In this document: positions 10,819 through 23,572 of the stretch, piece after piece | Layout: every line of letters begins with the position of its first letter | Position numbering within the stretch: position 1 is the stretch's first letter | Source of the DNA: Alphaproteobacteria bacterium | Lineage (GTDB): Bacteria > Pseudomonadota > Alphaproteobacteria > Bin95 | Length of the DNA stretch: 64,000 bases | NCBI GenBank assembly: GCA_963665325.3 | Contig: CAXXWS020000003.1 | Span: 896,001 to 960,000 of the forward strand | Reading direction: 5' to 3' | Program-made: the position numbers and the translations under genes | Notes under the pieces: generated by a model | Seen by the model: only the letters and a program-made list of their open reading frames with translations | Told to the model about the DNA's origin: nothing | Database searches by the model: none

Positions 10819-11216
10819 CCCGCCGCCGGCCTCCCCTGCGGCCCGGTTGCCCCGGTGGGTCAACAGGGACCCCCCACGCGGCTTCGCTCCGCGTAGCGTG
10901 AGACGCTACACGAAGCCGCGCGGGTCCCCCCTATTGACTACCGGGACAACCTCCACCGTGCCTCTCAGGGGGTCAATTTTGCACGCCGATAGGGGGTCAT
11001 TATTGAAAGCCGATTGACATACGAGCACCGGAAAGCCTCCGGGTGCACGGAAAAGACCCGGAAATTCGAGGGGCGACAGCACCGGTTATCAGGCATCGGC
11101 TCAAGAAGTCGGCGACGGGAATTCCCCGGTTCGGGCGACGGGCGGGGTCGATGCCCGGGCTCACAACGGAATGACCGGGAGCGGCGGCGTTGCGGTGGAC
11201 AGAGGAGAGACTCGTG

Positions 11217-12788
11217 ATGAAGCTTTTGCTAGCGCTGGCTTGTACAGCGGTTCTGACAACGGCGGCCGCGGCGGCCGAGGAACCCAGGCGGGGCGGCACG
11301 CTGACATTCTCTTCCCGGATCATGGCCGGCCATTTCAATCCGACGATCGCCTCCGGCACCGCCACCGGCATCCCCGGCACGCAGCTGTTCGCGGCGCTGC
11401 TCCGGTTCGATGATGAGTGGAACCCCAAGCCCTATCTGGCGGAAAGCTGGGAGATCTCCGACGGCGGCCTCAAGGTGACCGTCAAGCTGCGCGACAATGC
11501 CCGCTTTCACGATGGCAAGCAGATCACGTCGGAGGATGTGAAATTCTCGATCGAGATCTACAGGCAATACCATCCCTTCAAGCCGATGTATGCGCCGGTG
11601 GAATCCATCGACACGCCGGACCCGCTGACCGCGGTGTTCAATCTGAGCGACCCGCACCCGGCGATCCTGCTGGCGTTCTCCTCGCAACTAGGCGTGGTCA
11701 TCCCCAAGCATGTGTACGGAAACACCGACAATATCCGCCAGCATCCGCAAAACAGCCAGAACGTGGTCGGCTCCGGCCCCTTCAAGCTGAAGGAGTTCAA
11801 GCCCGGCGAATACATCATCATGGAGCGCAACGAGGACTACTTCCTCGAGGGCAAGCCCTATATCGACCGGATCGTCTACAAGAAGATCTTCGAGACCACG
11901 AGCCGCGTAATCGCGCTTGAGAAGGGCGATGTCGATCTGACCGCCTTCGAGTCCGACGCGCCGTTCCTCGACCGCCTGAAGAAGAACGACCACCTGACGC
12001 TTACGCCGGACGGCTATTCGGCCATCGGCCCGCTGGAGTGGCTGGCCTTCAACACCAAGCGCAAGCCGTTCGACGACAAGCGCGTGCGCCAGGCCATCGC
12101 CTACGCCGTCGACAAGGAGTTCATCGTCAAGGTGCTTTACAGCGGCTATGCACAGCGCTCGCTCGGTCCGATCCATCCGGGCAGCGTGTTCGCGCCGAAG
12201 GACGTGAACCCGTATAGCTACGATGTCGACAAAGCCAAGGCGCTGCTCGACGAGGCCGGCTACAAGCCGGATGGAGACGGCATCCGCATCCGGACCACGC
12301 TGAATTACATTCCGGCCGGCGGCACCTGGAAACGCACTACCGAGTTCGTCAAGGCGCAACTCAAGAAGGTCGGCATCGACGTGACGATCAAGGCGTCGGC
12401 GGACTTCCGGGCTTGGATCAAGACGGTGTCCAACCACGAGTTCGACATGACGATGGACTCGGTCTTCAACTGGGGCGACCCGGTGATCGGCGTCCACCGC
12501 ACCTACCAGTCCACGAACATCCGCCCGGGCGTGCCGTGGCACAACACCCAGCAGTTCCAGAACGCCGAGGTCGATGCGGTCATGGAGAAGGCCGGCAAGG
12601 AACTGGACCGGGACAAGCGCGCGGCGCTCTACCAGGAGATGCAGAAGCTGGTCGTCGATGAGGCGCCCATCGCCTATCTGCACACCTCGCCCTACCACAC
12701 GGTCTTCAATCACGACCGCGTGGGCAACCCGCCCGTGGATTCCATCTGGGGCGTGTGCTCGCCTTGGGACGAGGTCTACATCAAGTAG
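11217..12788 (+). CDS. ABC transporter substrate-binding protein, family 5 (peptide/nickel type)
   Basis: Signal peptide, PRRGGTL, PYLAESWEIS, KLRDNARFHDG, VGSGPFKL, DKRVRQAIAYAVD. Confidence 0.9.
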   Translation: MKLLLALACTAVLTTAAAAAEEPRRGGTLTFSSRIMAGHFNPTIASGTATGIPGTQLFAALLRFDDEWNPKPYLAESWEISDGGLKVTVKLRDNARFHDGKQITSEDVKFSIEIYRQYHPFKPMYAPVESIDTPDPLTAVFNLSDPHPAILLAFSSQLGVVIPKHVYGNTDNIRQHPQNSQNVVGSGPFKLKEFKPGEYIIMERNEDYFLEGKPYIDRIVYKKIFETTSRVIALEKGDVDLTAFESDAPFLDRLKKNDHLTLTPDGYSAIGPLEWLAFNTKRKPFDDKRVRQAIAYAVDKEFIVKVLYSGYAQRSLGPIHPGSVFAPKDVNPYSYDVDKAKALLDEAGYKPDGDGIRIRTTLNYIPAGGTWKRTTEFVKAQLKKVGIDVTIKASADFRAWIKTVSNHEFDMTMDSVFNWGDPVIGVHRTYQSTNIRPGVPWHNTQQFQNAEVDAVMEKAGKELDRDKRAALYQEMQKLVVDEAPIAYLHTSPYHTVFNHDRVGNPPVDSIWGVCSPWDEVYIK

Positions 12789-12929
12789 TGCAACCGGACG
12801 TTCGGCGTGAGCATGTGCCGAAGGTGATCCTGCGGATCGCCGAATGCGCGCCCGCCGGAAAGGACCTCATGACCCGGCTGATCGTCAACCTGCTGGCCGG
12901 GTATTCGCGATGATGCGGCGGGACTGGCG

Positions 12930-13149
12930 AGGATGGGCGGGGCTTGCGTTCGGGCTGGATGTGGAGGCGGCGCGGCGCGAGCCGATGACGGGCAATGCGG
13001 CGCCGGAGCACCGGCTCGGGTTCGGGCTCGGCTGGCGGCGCGAGGACGCCACGTTCGAGTTCCGTCTGAAAGGCTCGCGTCTGCAGCCGGTCAGCGGCAA
13101 CCGGGCGCCCGAGCGCCGCATCGGCCTCACCCTGACCGCGCGGTCGTGA
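12930..13149 (+). pseudogene. Remnant C-terminal strands of an autotransporter-like beta-barrel
   Basis: Alternating beta pattern FGLDVEAARRE..APEHRLGFGLGW..APERRIGLTLTARS*. Confidence 0.5.
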
Positions 13150-13276
13150 CCGGGCGGCGGCGGCCATAGCGGTTGTCGCGGGCGGCGCGGACCGCCGGCC
13201 GGATCGCCGGAACGAAGCGCCCGTCTGCCAGTGCAAACGCGCTCCGGGCGTACAAAAGTCCGCTACCAGCCCAAAT

Positions 13277-13531
13277 TCGACAAATTTATTTTCATTTCCC
13301 TCCCGTCTGGGAGGCGCGCCGGTATTCAAGAATGGCATAGGTTCCGCCCCTGTCGAGTGAACGGTATTCGCCGATACGGGGGGTCGTATGAGGGGTCCGG
13401 GGCGCTTCGCCTTATTTCATGCCGGGACGAAAACCGGAAGCCGGGCCAGGCAGCCCGGTGAGCGCCGCGGTCGCGGCGGCCGGTCCGACGGTCCGGGCAG
13501 TTCGGCTTCGAACCGGCTTCCCGAAGTCTAG
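13277..13531 (+). promoter_or_regulatory. Conserved upstream cassette copy 3 (palindrome 13299-13314) with 47-aa leader ORF from 13388
   Basis: Near-identical to copy 2; ATG AGG GGT CCG GGG CGC TTC = MRGPGRF. Confidence 0.8.
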
Positions 13532-16500
13532 AAGGCCGACAGCAGCAATATCGCGGGTTGTTACCCGACATTCGAGACTATGGAAACAGCCCGCGTTTAC
13601 CAAATTCTAACGACACGAAACCTGACCTGAATTCAGGAAATAGCCAACTAACATCGGCACATAGACGTGCTTCCTACCTCCATATCGACAACGGTAAACA
13701 GGCAAATTCGAAGTGCATGTCATGCAAAGTAAAACATGAACAAAGCTCCTTCATATTTCCAACTATATCGCTTCGCAACGGGACTTTTGTGTCTTCTCGT
13801 TGCCATGCTCGCGTCGCCTGCAAATGCGCAAACCGAAGTGCCCAGCAACTGGCCGCTCAAGCCTTCCGGCCTGAATACGGGCGATCAGTTCCGGCTGCTG
13901 CTCGTGGTGGAGGAAACGAAGGACGCCACCGCAACCGACATCGCAACCTACGACAGCTTCGTCCAGACGGAAATCGACCAGAACGGCCACGTGTCCATTC
14001 GGGACTATTCCGGCGTTTTTAAGGTGCTGGGTTCGACGGCGACCGTCAACGCCAGGGATCACACGGGCACCAACACCTCGGGCGGCGTGCCCATCTACTG
14101 GCTGAATGGTTCCAAGATCGCCGACGACTACGACGACTTCTACGACGGCACCTGGACCAACAAGCCCTCGGCCAGATACGAGGACGGCAGTGCGGTCAAC
14201 CCAGCCAATTCCTTCCGAATCTGGACCGGATCGAACAACGACGGCACGACCTTTTTCCAGAACCCCAATAGCCCCAATACCTCCCGTGGCCTGGGAGGAG
14301 ACGGCAACAACGGGAAGACCCGAACGGCACGACCCACTGCGAATACCAACACCCTTAGCAGCGGCCAGCTAGACGCCATCTAGGAACACCCTCTCTTCGC
14401 CCTGTCCGGCGTCTTCGAAGTCGGCAGCGCCACCTCCGCCACCGTATCCAATATCGAGATCACATCCACCAATGGCGGCGACGGCGAATACGTGGCTGGC
14501 GACGTACTGGAATTCACCGTCACCTTCAGCGAAGCCGTCACCGTCACCGGCTCGCCGCAACTGGCGTTCGTCATTAACGACACGGGAGGATCGGACCCGG
14601 AAACGAGGCAGGCCGCGTACGACTCCGGCGCCAGCACCGGCACGGACCTGGTGTTCAGCTACACGATAACGAGCGGGGATTTCGACGAGGACGGCGTCGA
14701 GTTGCCGTCCGGCCCGATCGATCTCAACGGCGGAACCATTGTCTCGCAGGCATCGAGCGATAACGCGGACCTGGCGTTCGCGGGCTTCTCCGACCAGGCG
14801 GCGCACAAGATCCACGTTAAGCCAAAGCTCGTACCCTCGAGCGTCAGCGTGGTTTCCGACCCTGCGTCGGCGGCAAACGGGTATGCGACCGGCGAAACCA
14901 TCCGCATCGCCGTGACCTGGGACAAGAAGGTCCGGGCGGCAACCAATCCGGTGGGCACGAGCAGCGACCCGAACTACCTGCCCGGCGGCGCTTCGCAAGT
15001 CGAACTTAAGTTCGATTCCGACGACGACGGCCTTGCCGCCTACTCCGAGGCGAGCGACGACTATACGCTGCACTTCGACTATGTCGTCCAGCCCGGCGAC
15101 TGGGACGACGAGGGATTGGTGACCGACGACTACCTCATCCGCAACGGCGGCGCGATCACGCGCAAGGAAGTGGCCGACGGCGTCGCAAGATTCGTGCGGG
15201 CTGCCGAGACCGGCCTGGCCCTGCCGCAACAAACCGCGCACAAGGTCAACGTAAACCGGCCCAAATTCAGCAGCCTCGCCGTCACCTCCTCGCCGGCGGC
15301 GGGAGACACCTACGAGACCGGAGAAACCATCAAGGTTGACCTCACCTTCGACCAGACGGTGACCGTGGACGAAACCGGCGGCACGCCTCGGGTCAAGCTG
15401 GAATTGCAATCCGAGGGCGTTGGCGCCCCGGTCGAGCACTATTTCGATTATGCCAGCGGCAGCGGCACGGCGACGCTGGTGTTCGAATACGTGGTCCAGG
15501 CCGGGGACTCCGATGACAACGGCATCACGATCCCTGCTAAGGCGCTGAAACTCAACGGCGGCACGATACGCTCTGCCAACGGCACCGACCTGCATTTAGA
15601 GGGTGGCGTGCCGGACGGCGGCACCGATTACTCCGGCCACAAGGTCGACGGTGGCACCGTGGTCGCAGTGACCGTCTCCTTCGACGCCGCCACCTACACC
15701 GCCAGCGAGGAAGGCGCGGACGCCACCGTGACCGTGAACCTGAGCGCCGACCCGGAACGCGACGTCGTCATTCCCATCGTCGCGGAGGGTGCAAACGGCG
15801 GCAGGGCGAGTGACTTCTCGCTCACCTCCCAGAGCGTCACCATCGCCAGCGGTTCGACCTCCGGCACCTTCAGGGTCAGGGCGACCGACGACCAGATCGA
15901 CGACGACGGCGAGACCGTCGCGCTCAGCTTCGGCGGGTTGCCGGACGGCGTTACCGCCGGCACCCAGGCCACCGCAAGCGTCTCGATCACGGACGAGGAC
16001 ACACGCGGCGTGATCTACAGCAGCCAGTCCGTCCGCGTCCCCGAAGGGACTATTACGACTGCCGACGTGTTCACGATCAAGTTGGCCACGCAGCCGAGCA
16101 ACGACGTTCGCGTGACTTTCGCCGAGGACCCCGATCAACAACTCGACATACCCTCCCGCCTGAATTTCACTCCGAGCAACTGGGGCACGCCGCAGCCTGT
16201 AAGCGTAGTGTGGGCCGCCAACGCCAGCCCGGACGCGAATATCGTGATCACGCTCACGCCCGAGTTCCAAGGAAGCGATTACCGCAACCTGGTGACTCCG
16301 GCAACCGTGACGCTCACCATCTTCGATCGGAGCCGACCAAGCCTGGAGAGCGCGACGGTTAACGAAACCAGCCTCGTACTGACCTGGAACCAGGACCTCG
16401 ACGACACGTCCGTCCCCGCGCAGGGCGACTTCGAGGTGACGGTGGATGGCGCGGATGTCTCGGTCAGCAGCGTCTCGATCGGCGGCGCAAAGGTTACCCT

Positions 16501-18587
16501 GACGCTGGCGACCGCGGCGGTGATGGGGGATGAGGTCGAGGTTTCCTACACGGTCCCAACCACCAATCCCATCCAGGACGAGGACGAGAACAAGGCCAGG
16601 GCGCTGACCGACCGGGCCGTGACCAACAACTCGCCCGACACCACCGCGCCGAGCCTCAGTTCGGCGACCATCAACGGCGATATGCTGGTCCTCACGTACG
16701 ATGAAGACCTGGACACGGGGTCCACGCCTGGGAACGGCGCCTTCGATGTCACGGTGGGTGGCGCGGATGTCTCGGTCAGTAACGTCTCGATCGGCGGCGC
16801 AAAGGTTACCCTGACGCTGGCGACCGCGGCGGAGACGGGGGATGCGGTCGTGGTTTCCTACACGGTCCCGGCCAACAATCCCATCCGGGACGAGGCGGAA
16901 AACATGGCTGCGGCGTTCAGCAACGAGTCGGTGACCAACAACACCGGGGAAGATTCGGACGCCACGCTCAGCGCCCTCACCCTCACAGAGACGGACGGCA
17001 CGGCCATATCGCTGAACCGGACCTTCGCCTCCGGCACAACGAGCTACACGGCCTCGGTCGCGGCCGATATCGACCAGGTCACCATCGCCGCAACCGCCAG
17101 CAACGGCAGCGCCACGGTCGCCTACACGCCGTCAACCGACGCAGACACGACCGAAGACGACCACCAGGTCAATCTGGCCTTCGGCGACAAGACCCTGCGG
17201 GCGACCGTCACCGCGGCGGACGGCATCACGACCGAGACCTACAGCATCACGGTGACGCGCGCACGGGCCGCGGTCGCGTACCACGCCTCGTCAATGAACC
17301 AACAGGTCCCCGAGGACAACACCTCGATCACGTTCACGGTGACGCTCACCCCCGCGATGAGCGAGAGCGTGGTCGTGAACTACGCGACCGAGGACTACCC
17401 GACCCCGGGGGATCAAAATCACGGATATGCCGGCCACGACTACACCGCGGCTTCCGGCAGCCTCACCTTCGCCGCCAACGAGACGTCGAAGACGTTCCAG
17501 GTGCCGATCCTGGAGGACTCCCTCGACGAGGATGACGAGCGGCTCTTCGTGACCCTCTCGTTACCCGCAAACACGAATAACGCGGAGCTGTCGGGCTCGC
17601 CCACGGCCCTACCCTTGATACTCGACGACGATCCCGAGCCGTCGATCGGCATTGCCGCTGCAAGCGCGGACGAGGGAGACCCGGTCACCTTTACCGTGAG
17701 CCTGTCGGAAGTGAGCGGCAGAGACGTGACGGTGGACTATGCGACCTCGGTCAGAAACGGCGACAGCGCCACCTCGGGCGTCGATTTCACGGCGGCAGCC
17801 GCCGAAACCGTGACGATACCTGCCGGCGCCGCGTCGGCCACATTTTCCATCGCCACGGCAGAGGACAGCCACTACGAAGACGGTGAGACCTTCACCGTCA
17901 CCCTGAGTTCGCCGGCTGCCGGGACACTGTCATCGGACCCACTGCGGGCCACCGGCACCATCGACAATGACGACGTTCTCGAACAGGTCACCGGCGTCAC
18001 GACCGCCCCGGGCGACGGGACGCTCACGATAGGCTGGACCGCCGTGGCCGGCGCCGGGGGCTACAAGCTGCAATGGAAATCCGGAACCCAGGACTACAGC
18101 GCCACCATAAGCGACAATCGCCAGGCGACGGTCTCATCCGGAACCGCCACGTCCCATGAACTCACGGGATTGACCAACGACACCGAGTACACGGTCCGGG
18201 TCGCCGCCACTCACAGCGACGCCGACGACGGCGCATGGTCGGTCGAAAAAACGGGAACCCCGATACCGCCGAATACGCCCGCGTCGGGCGCCCCGACGAT
18301 TTCGGGCGAGGCGTCGGTGGGCGAGGAGTTGACCGCCGATACCGGCGGAATCGCCGATGCGAACGGCATGACCACAGCGGTCTACGCCTATCAATGGATC
18401 CGGGTGGACAGCGACGGCGCCAGCAATGCGACCGACATCGCCAACGCAACCAGCCGCAAGTACACCCTGGTCGACGACGACGAAGGCAAGAAAATCAAGG
18501 TCAAGGTGGATTTCACCGATGATCGGGGATTTGCGGAGACGAGCACGAGCGCGGCCTATCCCGGCGCCGGCACGGTCGGTCCGCGCA

Positions 18588-19512
18588 AGAGCAGCGACGC
18601 CACGCTCAGCGCCCTCGCCCTCGAAGAGACGGACGGCACGTCCATATCGCTGAGCCCGGGGTTCGCCGCCGGCACAACGAGCTACACGGCCGAGGTCGAA
18701 GCCGACGTCGCCCGGATCACGATCGCCGCGACCGCCACCCATTCGGCCGCGGGCGTCGCCTACACGCCCGCCACCGATGCGGATACCGTCGAAGACGGCC
18801 ACCAGGTCAATCTGTCCATTGGCGATAATACGCTCACGGTCGTGGTGACCGCCGAGGACGAAAGCACGCAAACCTACACGGTCACGGTCACGCGCAAGAG
18901 CGACGACGCCACGCTCAGCGCCCTCGCCCTGGAAGAGACGGACGGCACGTCCATATCGCTGAGCCCGGGGTTTGCCTCCGGCAGAACGAGCTACACGGCC
19001 GAGGTCGAAGCCGACGTCAGCCGGATCGCGATCGCCGCGACCGCCACCCATTCGGCCGCGAGCGTCGCCTACACGCCCGCCACCGATGCGGATACCGTCG
19101 AAGACGGCCACCAGGTCAACCTGTCCATTGGCGAGAATACGCTCACGGTCGTCGTGACCGCCGAGGACGAGAGCACGCAAACCTACACGGTCACGGTCAC
19201 GCGCAAGAGCAGTGACGCCACGCTCAGCGCCCTCGTCCTCGAAGAGACGGACGGCACGTCCATATCGCTGAACCGGACTTTCGCCTCCGGCACAACGAGC
19301 TATACCGCCGAGGTCGAAGCGGACGTCGCCCGGATCACGATCGCCGCGACCGCCACCCATTCGGCCGCGAGCCTCGCCTACACGCCCGCCACCGATGCGG
19401 ATACCGTCGAAGACGGCCACCAGGTCAACCTGTCCATTGGCGAGAATACGCTCACGGTCGTCGCGACCGCCGAGGACGAAAGCACCCAAAGCTACACGGT
19501 CAAGGTCACGCG
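18588..19512 (+). repeat. Three near-identical ~305-bp cadherin-like beta-sandwich repeats
   Basis: KS.DATLSAL.LEETDGTSISL..FA.G.TSYTAEVEADV x3. Confidence 0.9.
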
Positions 19513-22500
19513 CAATCCGCCGAAAGCCGCAATCGCCGCAGGACACCAGGTCACCGAAGACAACACGACCCTCACGTTCACAGTGACCCTCACCCCGGCG
19601 GTCGATGAGACCGTGGTGGTGGACTACGACACCTATTCGACGGGTGTAGGCGACTTCGCGGTGGCAGGCGAGGACTACACCGCGGTCTCGGGCAGTCTCA
19701 CCTTCGCGGCAAACGAAACCTCCAGGACTTTCGACGTGAACATTCTGGAGGATGCGGCCGACGAAAACGACGAGGACTTCTACGTAAGGCTCCTCCTGCC
19801 CAGGGGCGCAACGAATGTGGCGCTCGGCTTCCCGTTCCAGACGATCCTCATATTCGACGACGACGACCCCCCCACCATCGGCATCGCCGATGCCAGCGGA
19901 GACGAAGGGGATCCGGTCTCATTCACGGTGAGCCTGTCGGAGGCGAGCGGCAAGGACGTTTCCTTCCGCTACACGACCTCCATCGAAAGTGACGACACGG
20001 CGACGTCGGGCACCGATTTCACGGCGGTGACCAATCGGACCGTTACCATCGCACCCGGAAACGCGTCCACCACGCTGACCGTCGACACGATCGAAGACAG
20101 CGCCTTCGAGGACGACGAGACCTTCACCGTCACCTTGAGCGGGCCACCCTCGGGCACGGAGTTGAACGCGACCCTGCCCTCGGGCACCGCCGCGACCGGG
20201 ACCATCGTCGACGACGAAAAACTCACCAAGGTCTCCGGAGTCACGGCGACCGCCGGCGACGGCATGCTCACCGTCGAGTGGACCGCGGTGACCAGCGCCC
20301 AGGGCTACAAGCTGCAGTGGAAGTCGGAAGAGGACGACGACTACAGCGCCTTGAGCACCGACAACCGCGAGGCGGTCATCCCGTCGGGGACGACGACCTC
20401 CCATGCGCTTCCCGGACTCACCAACGGGCTCGAATACACGGTGCGCGTCGCGGCGACCCACACTCTCGTCGGTGACGGCGCATGGTCCAGCGAAGCGTCC
20501 GGGACGCCGTCACTGCCCGCCACCTCCGGACCGGACCTGAGCAGCGCCACGGTCAGCGGCACGACGCTGGTGCTCACCTACGATGAGGATCTCGACCCGG
20601 ATTCGGCGCCGGCGGCGGGCGATTTCGCGGTGACGGTAGCCGGATCGTCGGTCGCCGTGAGCACGGTCGAGGTGAGCGGCAAGACGATTACGCTGACACT
20701 CGCCACCGCCGCCGGGCATGGCGACACCGTGAGACTGAGCTACACGGTCCCGGTCAGCAACCCCGTCCAGGACGGGGACGGGAATGAAGCCGTGGCGCTT
20801 ACCGGTCAGGCCGTGACCAACAGCACGCCCGACACCACCGCGCCGGCCCTGAGCACGGCGACGGTCGACGGCACTTCGCTGACGCTGGCTTACGACGAGA
20901 ACCTGGACGCCTCCTCCACGCCGGCAGCGGGCGATTTCGCGGTGACGGTGGCCGGGTCGTCCATCACCGTGAGCACGGTCGAAGTGAGCGGCAAGACGGT
21001 CACGCTGACACTCGCCACCAGCGCCGCATACGGCGATGCCGTGAGCCTCAGCTACACGGTGCCGGCCAACAACCCCATTCAGGACGAGGCCGGGAACGGT
21101 GCGGCGGCCCTGGCCGGCCAGGCCGTGACCAACGCCACGGCGTCGACCGTCGTAGCGCTGTCGCTGAGCCCGAGTTCAATGGCCGAGGACGCCGGTGCGA
21201 CATCGGTGACGGTGACGGGGACGCTCGATGGCGCACCGCGCTCGGCGGACACCACGGTGACGGTGGCGGTGGGAGACACCGGGGACGCTGCCACGGAGGG
21301 AACGGACTACGCGACCGTCGACGATCTCACGCTGACCATCGATGCGGGCGAGACATCCGGGACGGCGACCTTCTCGATGACGCCGACCGACGACGACATC
21401 GACGAGGCGGACGAGGCGGTCTCGGTCGCGGGGTCCACCGCTGCGGCGGGTCTCGACGTGACGCCGGCGACTGTGACCATCCAAGATGACGACACCCGGG
21501 GCGTCGAGGTGTCGACGACGGCGCTGGGCATGTCGGAAGGCGGCAGCGCGACCTACACGGTGGTCCTGACCTCGCAGCCGACGGACACGGTGACGGTGAC
21601 GCCGTCGGTGAGCGGCGATTCGGACGTGACGGTGAGTCCGACTTCCCTCGACTTCACGACCTCGGCTTGGAGTACCGCGCTGACGGTCACCGTTGCCGCG
21701 GCGCAGGATACCGACTCCGACGACGACGAGGCAACGGTGGCGCACGCGGTGTCCGGCGGCGACTATGCCGGCGAGACCGCGGGCGGCGTGACGGTGTCCG
21801 TGCTTGACGACGAAGCCGCCCCGGCGATCGTCGCCGGGGGCGTGGAGGTCACCTCCTTCCCGCGGGCGACCTACAACACCTATGGCGTGGACGAGACCGT
21901 CGCGGTCAGCGTGACGTTCGACACGGACGTGGAGGTGAACACGGCCGGCGGCACGCCCTACATCGAGGTGGAGTTCAAGAACGCCGCTGCCAACGCCACC
22001 GAAAAGCACTTCAGCTACGCGAGCGGTTCCGGCAGCGCCACGCTGGTGTTCGAGTACGAGGTGCAGGCCGCCGACAGGGACGATGACGGGATCAGGATCG
22101 GGAGCAACGCGCTGGTGCTGAACGGTGGCACCATCCGGGATACCGACGGCCGGGACGCCCGACCCGCGCATGCCGGCGCCGGCCGGCAGGACGGGCACCG
22201 GGTCGACGGGAGGGAGGCGGTCGGGCCGGCGGAGCTGTTGGGGTTCAATATCAGGTCGATAGACGGCTTTTTTGCCCTGCCGTCCAGCCCGGCTTTCGAT
22301 CCGGAGACCACGGCATACACGGCCTCGGTCCCTTACGATACCAGGTTGATCAGAGTGCGGGCATTCCCGGAGGAGGGTGGCGACGCGACCATCCTGCCGG
22401 CCGACATCGGGCTCCATGCTTCGTTCCACGCAGTTGCCCTGGGCGTGGGTCCGAACGAAATCACGGTCACGGCGTCACGAACCGGCGTCCCCGACCGGAT

Positions 22501-23572
22501 CTACACCATGACCGTGACGCGGGCGAAGCCGACCGTCACCATCGCCGCGGCCGAATCCTCCTTGACCTACCGTCTCGAAGACCTGTCCTTCACGGTGACC
22601 CGGAACCTCGCTATCGACGAAGCGCTGGACGTGAGCGTCGCGTTCGAGCAGGACCAGGACTTCCTTCCCGCATCCGGGCTGGCGCACGCCGTGAGCATCC
22701 CGGCCAATGAGACTTCGGCAACGCTGACCCTCGAAGCCGGCGACTTCACCGGCGGCGCCACCGCGGACGGCGCCCTCACCGCGGCCATCGCCGAGAGCGA
22801 CGGCTACAATAACGGCGCCCCCGATTCCGCAAGCGTGGACTTCGTCGTGGCGGACCCGGCGGTTACGGTACGCTTCGATCGCTCCGCCTACACGTTCCTC
22901 GAGGATGCCGGCGCCGTCACGCTCGACATCGTTGCAGAGACGGCGCCAGGCGTGGTGCTGTCGGATGCATTCTCCCTGTCCGTCGTGACGCTCGGCGACC
23001 AGGACTCCGCGGTCAGCGGAAGCGACTACATCCTGGGCTCCGGGGGCGTGGCCTTCCGGGCGGCCGACTTCGCCGCATCGAACGGCGCTCTGGCGGCAAC
23101 CGCGTCGATCGACCTGACGCTGCTCGATGACAATGCCACAGAAGGAGAGGAATCGTTCACCATCCAGCTCCTCGCGAACGGTTTTCCCCCGGCGGCTACC
23201 CTGGTTCAGGGCGATGGAACCGCTTGCCCCGGCGATGGTTGCCGTTCGAAGGTGACGATCGTCGACGACGAGAGCCCGCCTCCCCAGGTCACCGGAGTGG
23301 AGGTCACGGCGGGGGTCGGTTCGCTGATCGTGGACTGGACCGCCGTTGCCGGCGCGACCGGTTACAAGGTGCAGTGGAAGTCCGGGACGGAAACATTCTC
23401 GGATGCGGCCACCGACGACCGGGAGGCGACCGTGTCGTCCGGGTCGACCACCAGCCATACCATCTCGGGGCTCACCGACGGCACCGCTTACACGGTGCGG
23501 GTGATCGCCACGAGGACCGGCGGGACTGGCGACGGCCCGGCCTCCGCCGAGACAACCGGCACGCCGGGACTG

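Larger units (their letters stand above)
8474..11019 (+). mobile_element. IS21-family element
   Basis: TG...CA ends with repeated (A/T)TGACCCCC boxes at both termini; istA-istB; no target duplication visible. Confidence 0.9.

Noticed and set aside
13330-13350. TGGCATAGGTTCCGC as a sigma-54 promoter
   Set aside because: Lacks the TTGC -12 element, and the other two copies read CGGCAT
14381-14383. Pyrrolysine recoding of the TAG
   Set aside because: No pyl genes in view; many genes here end in TAG; the gene has other lesions
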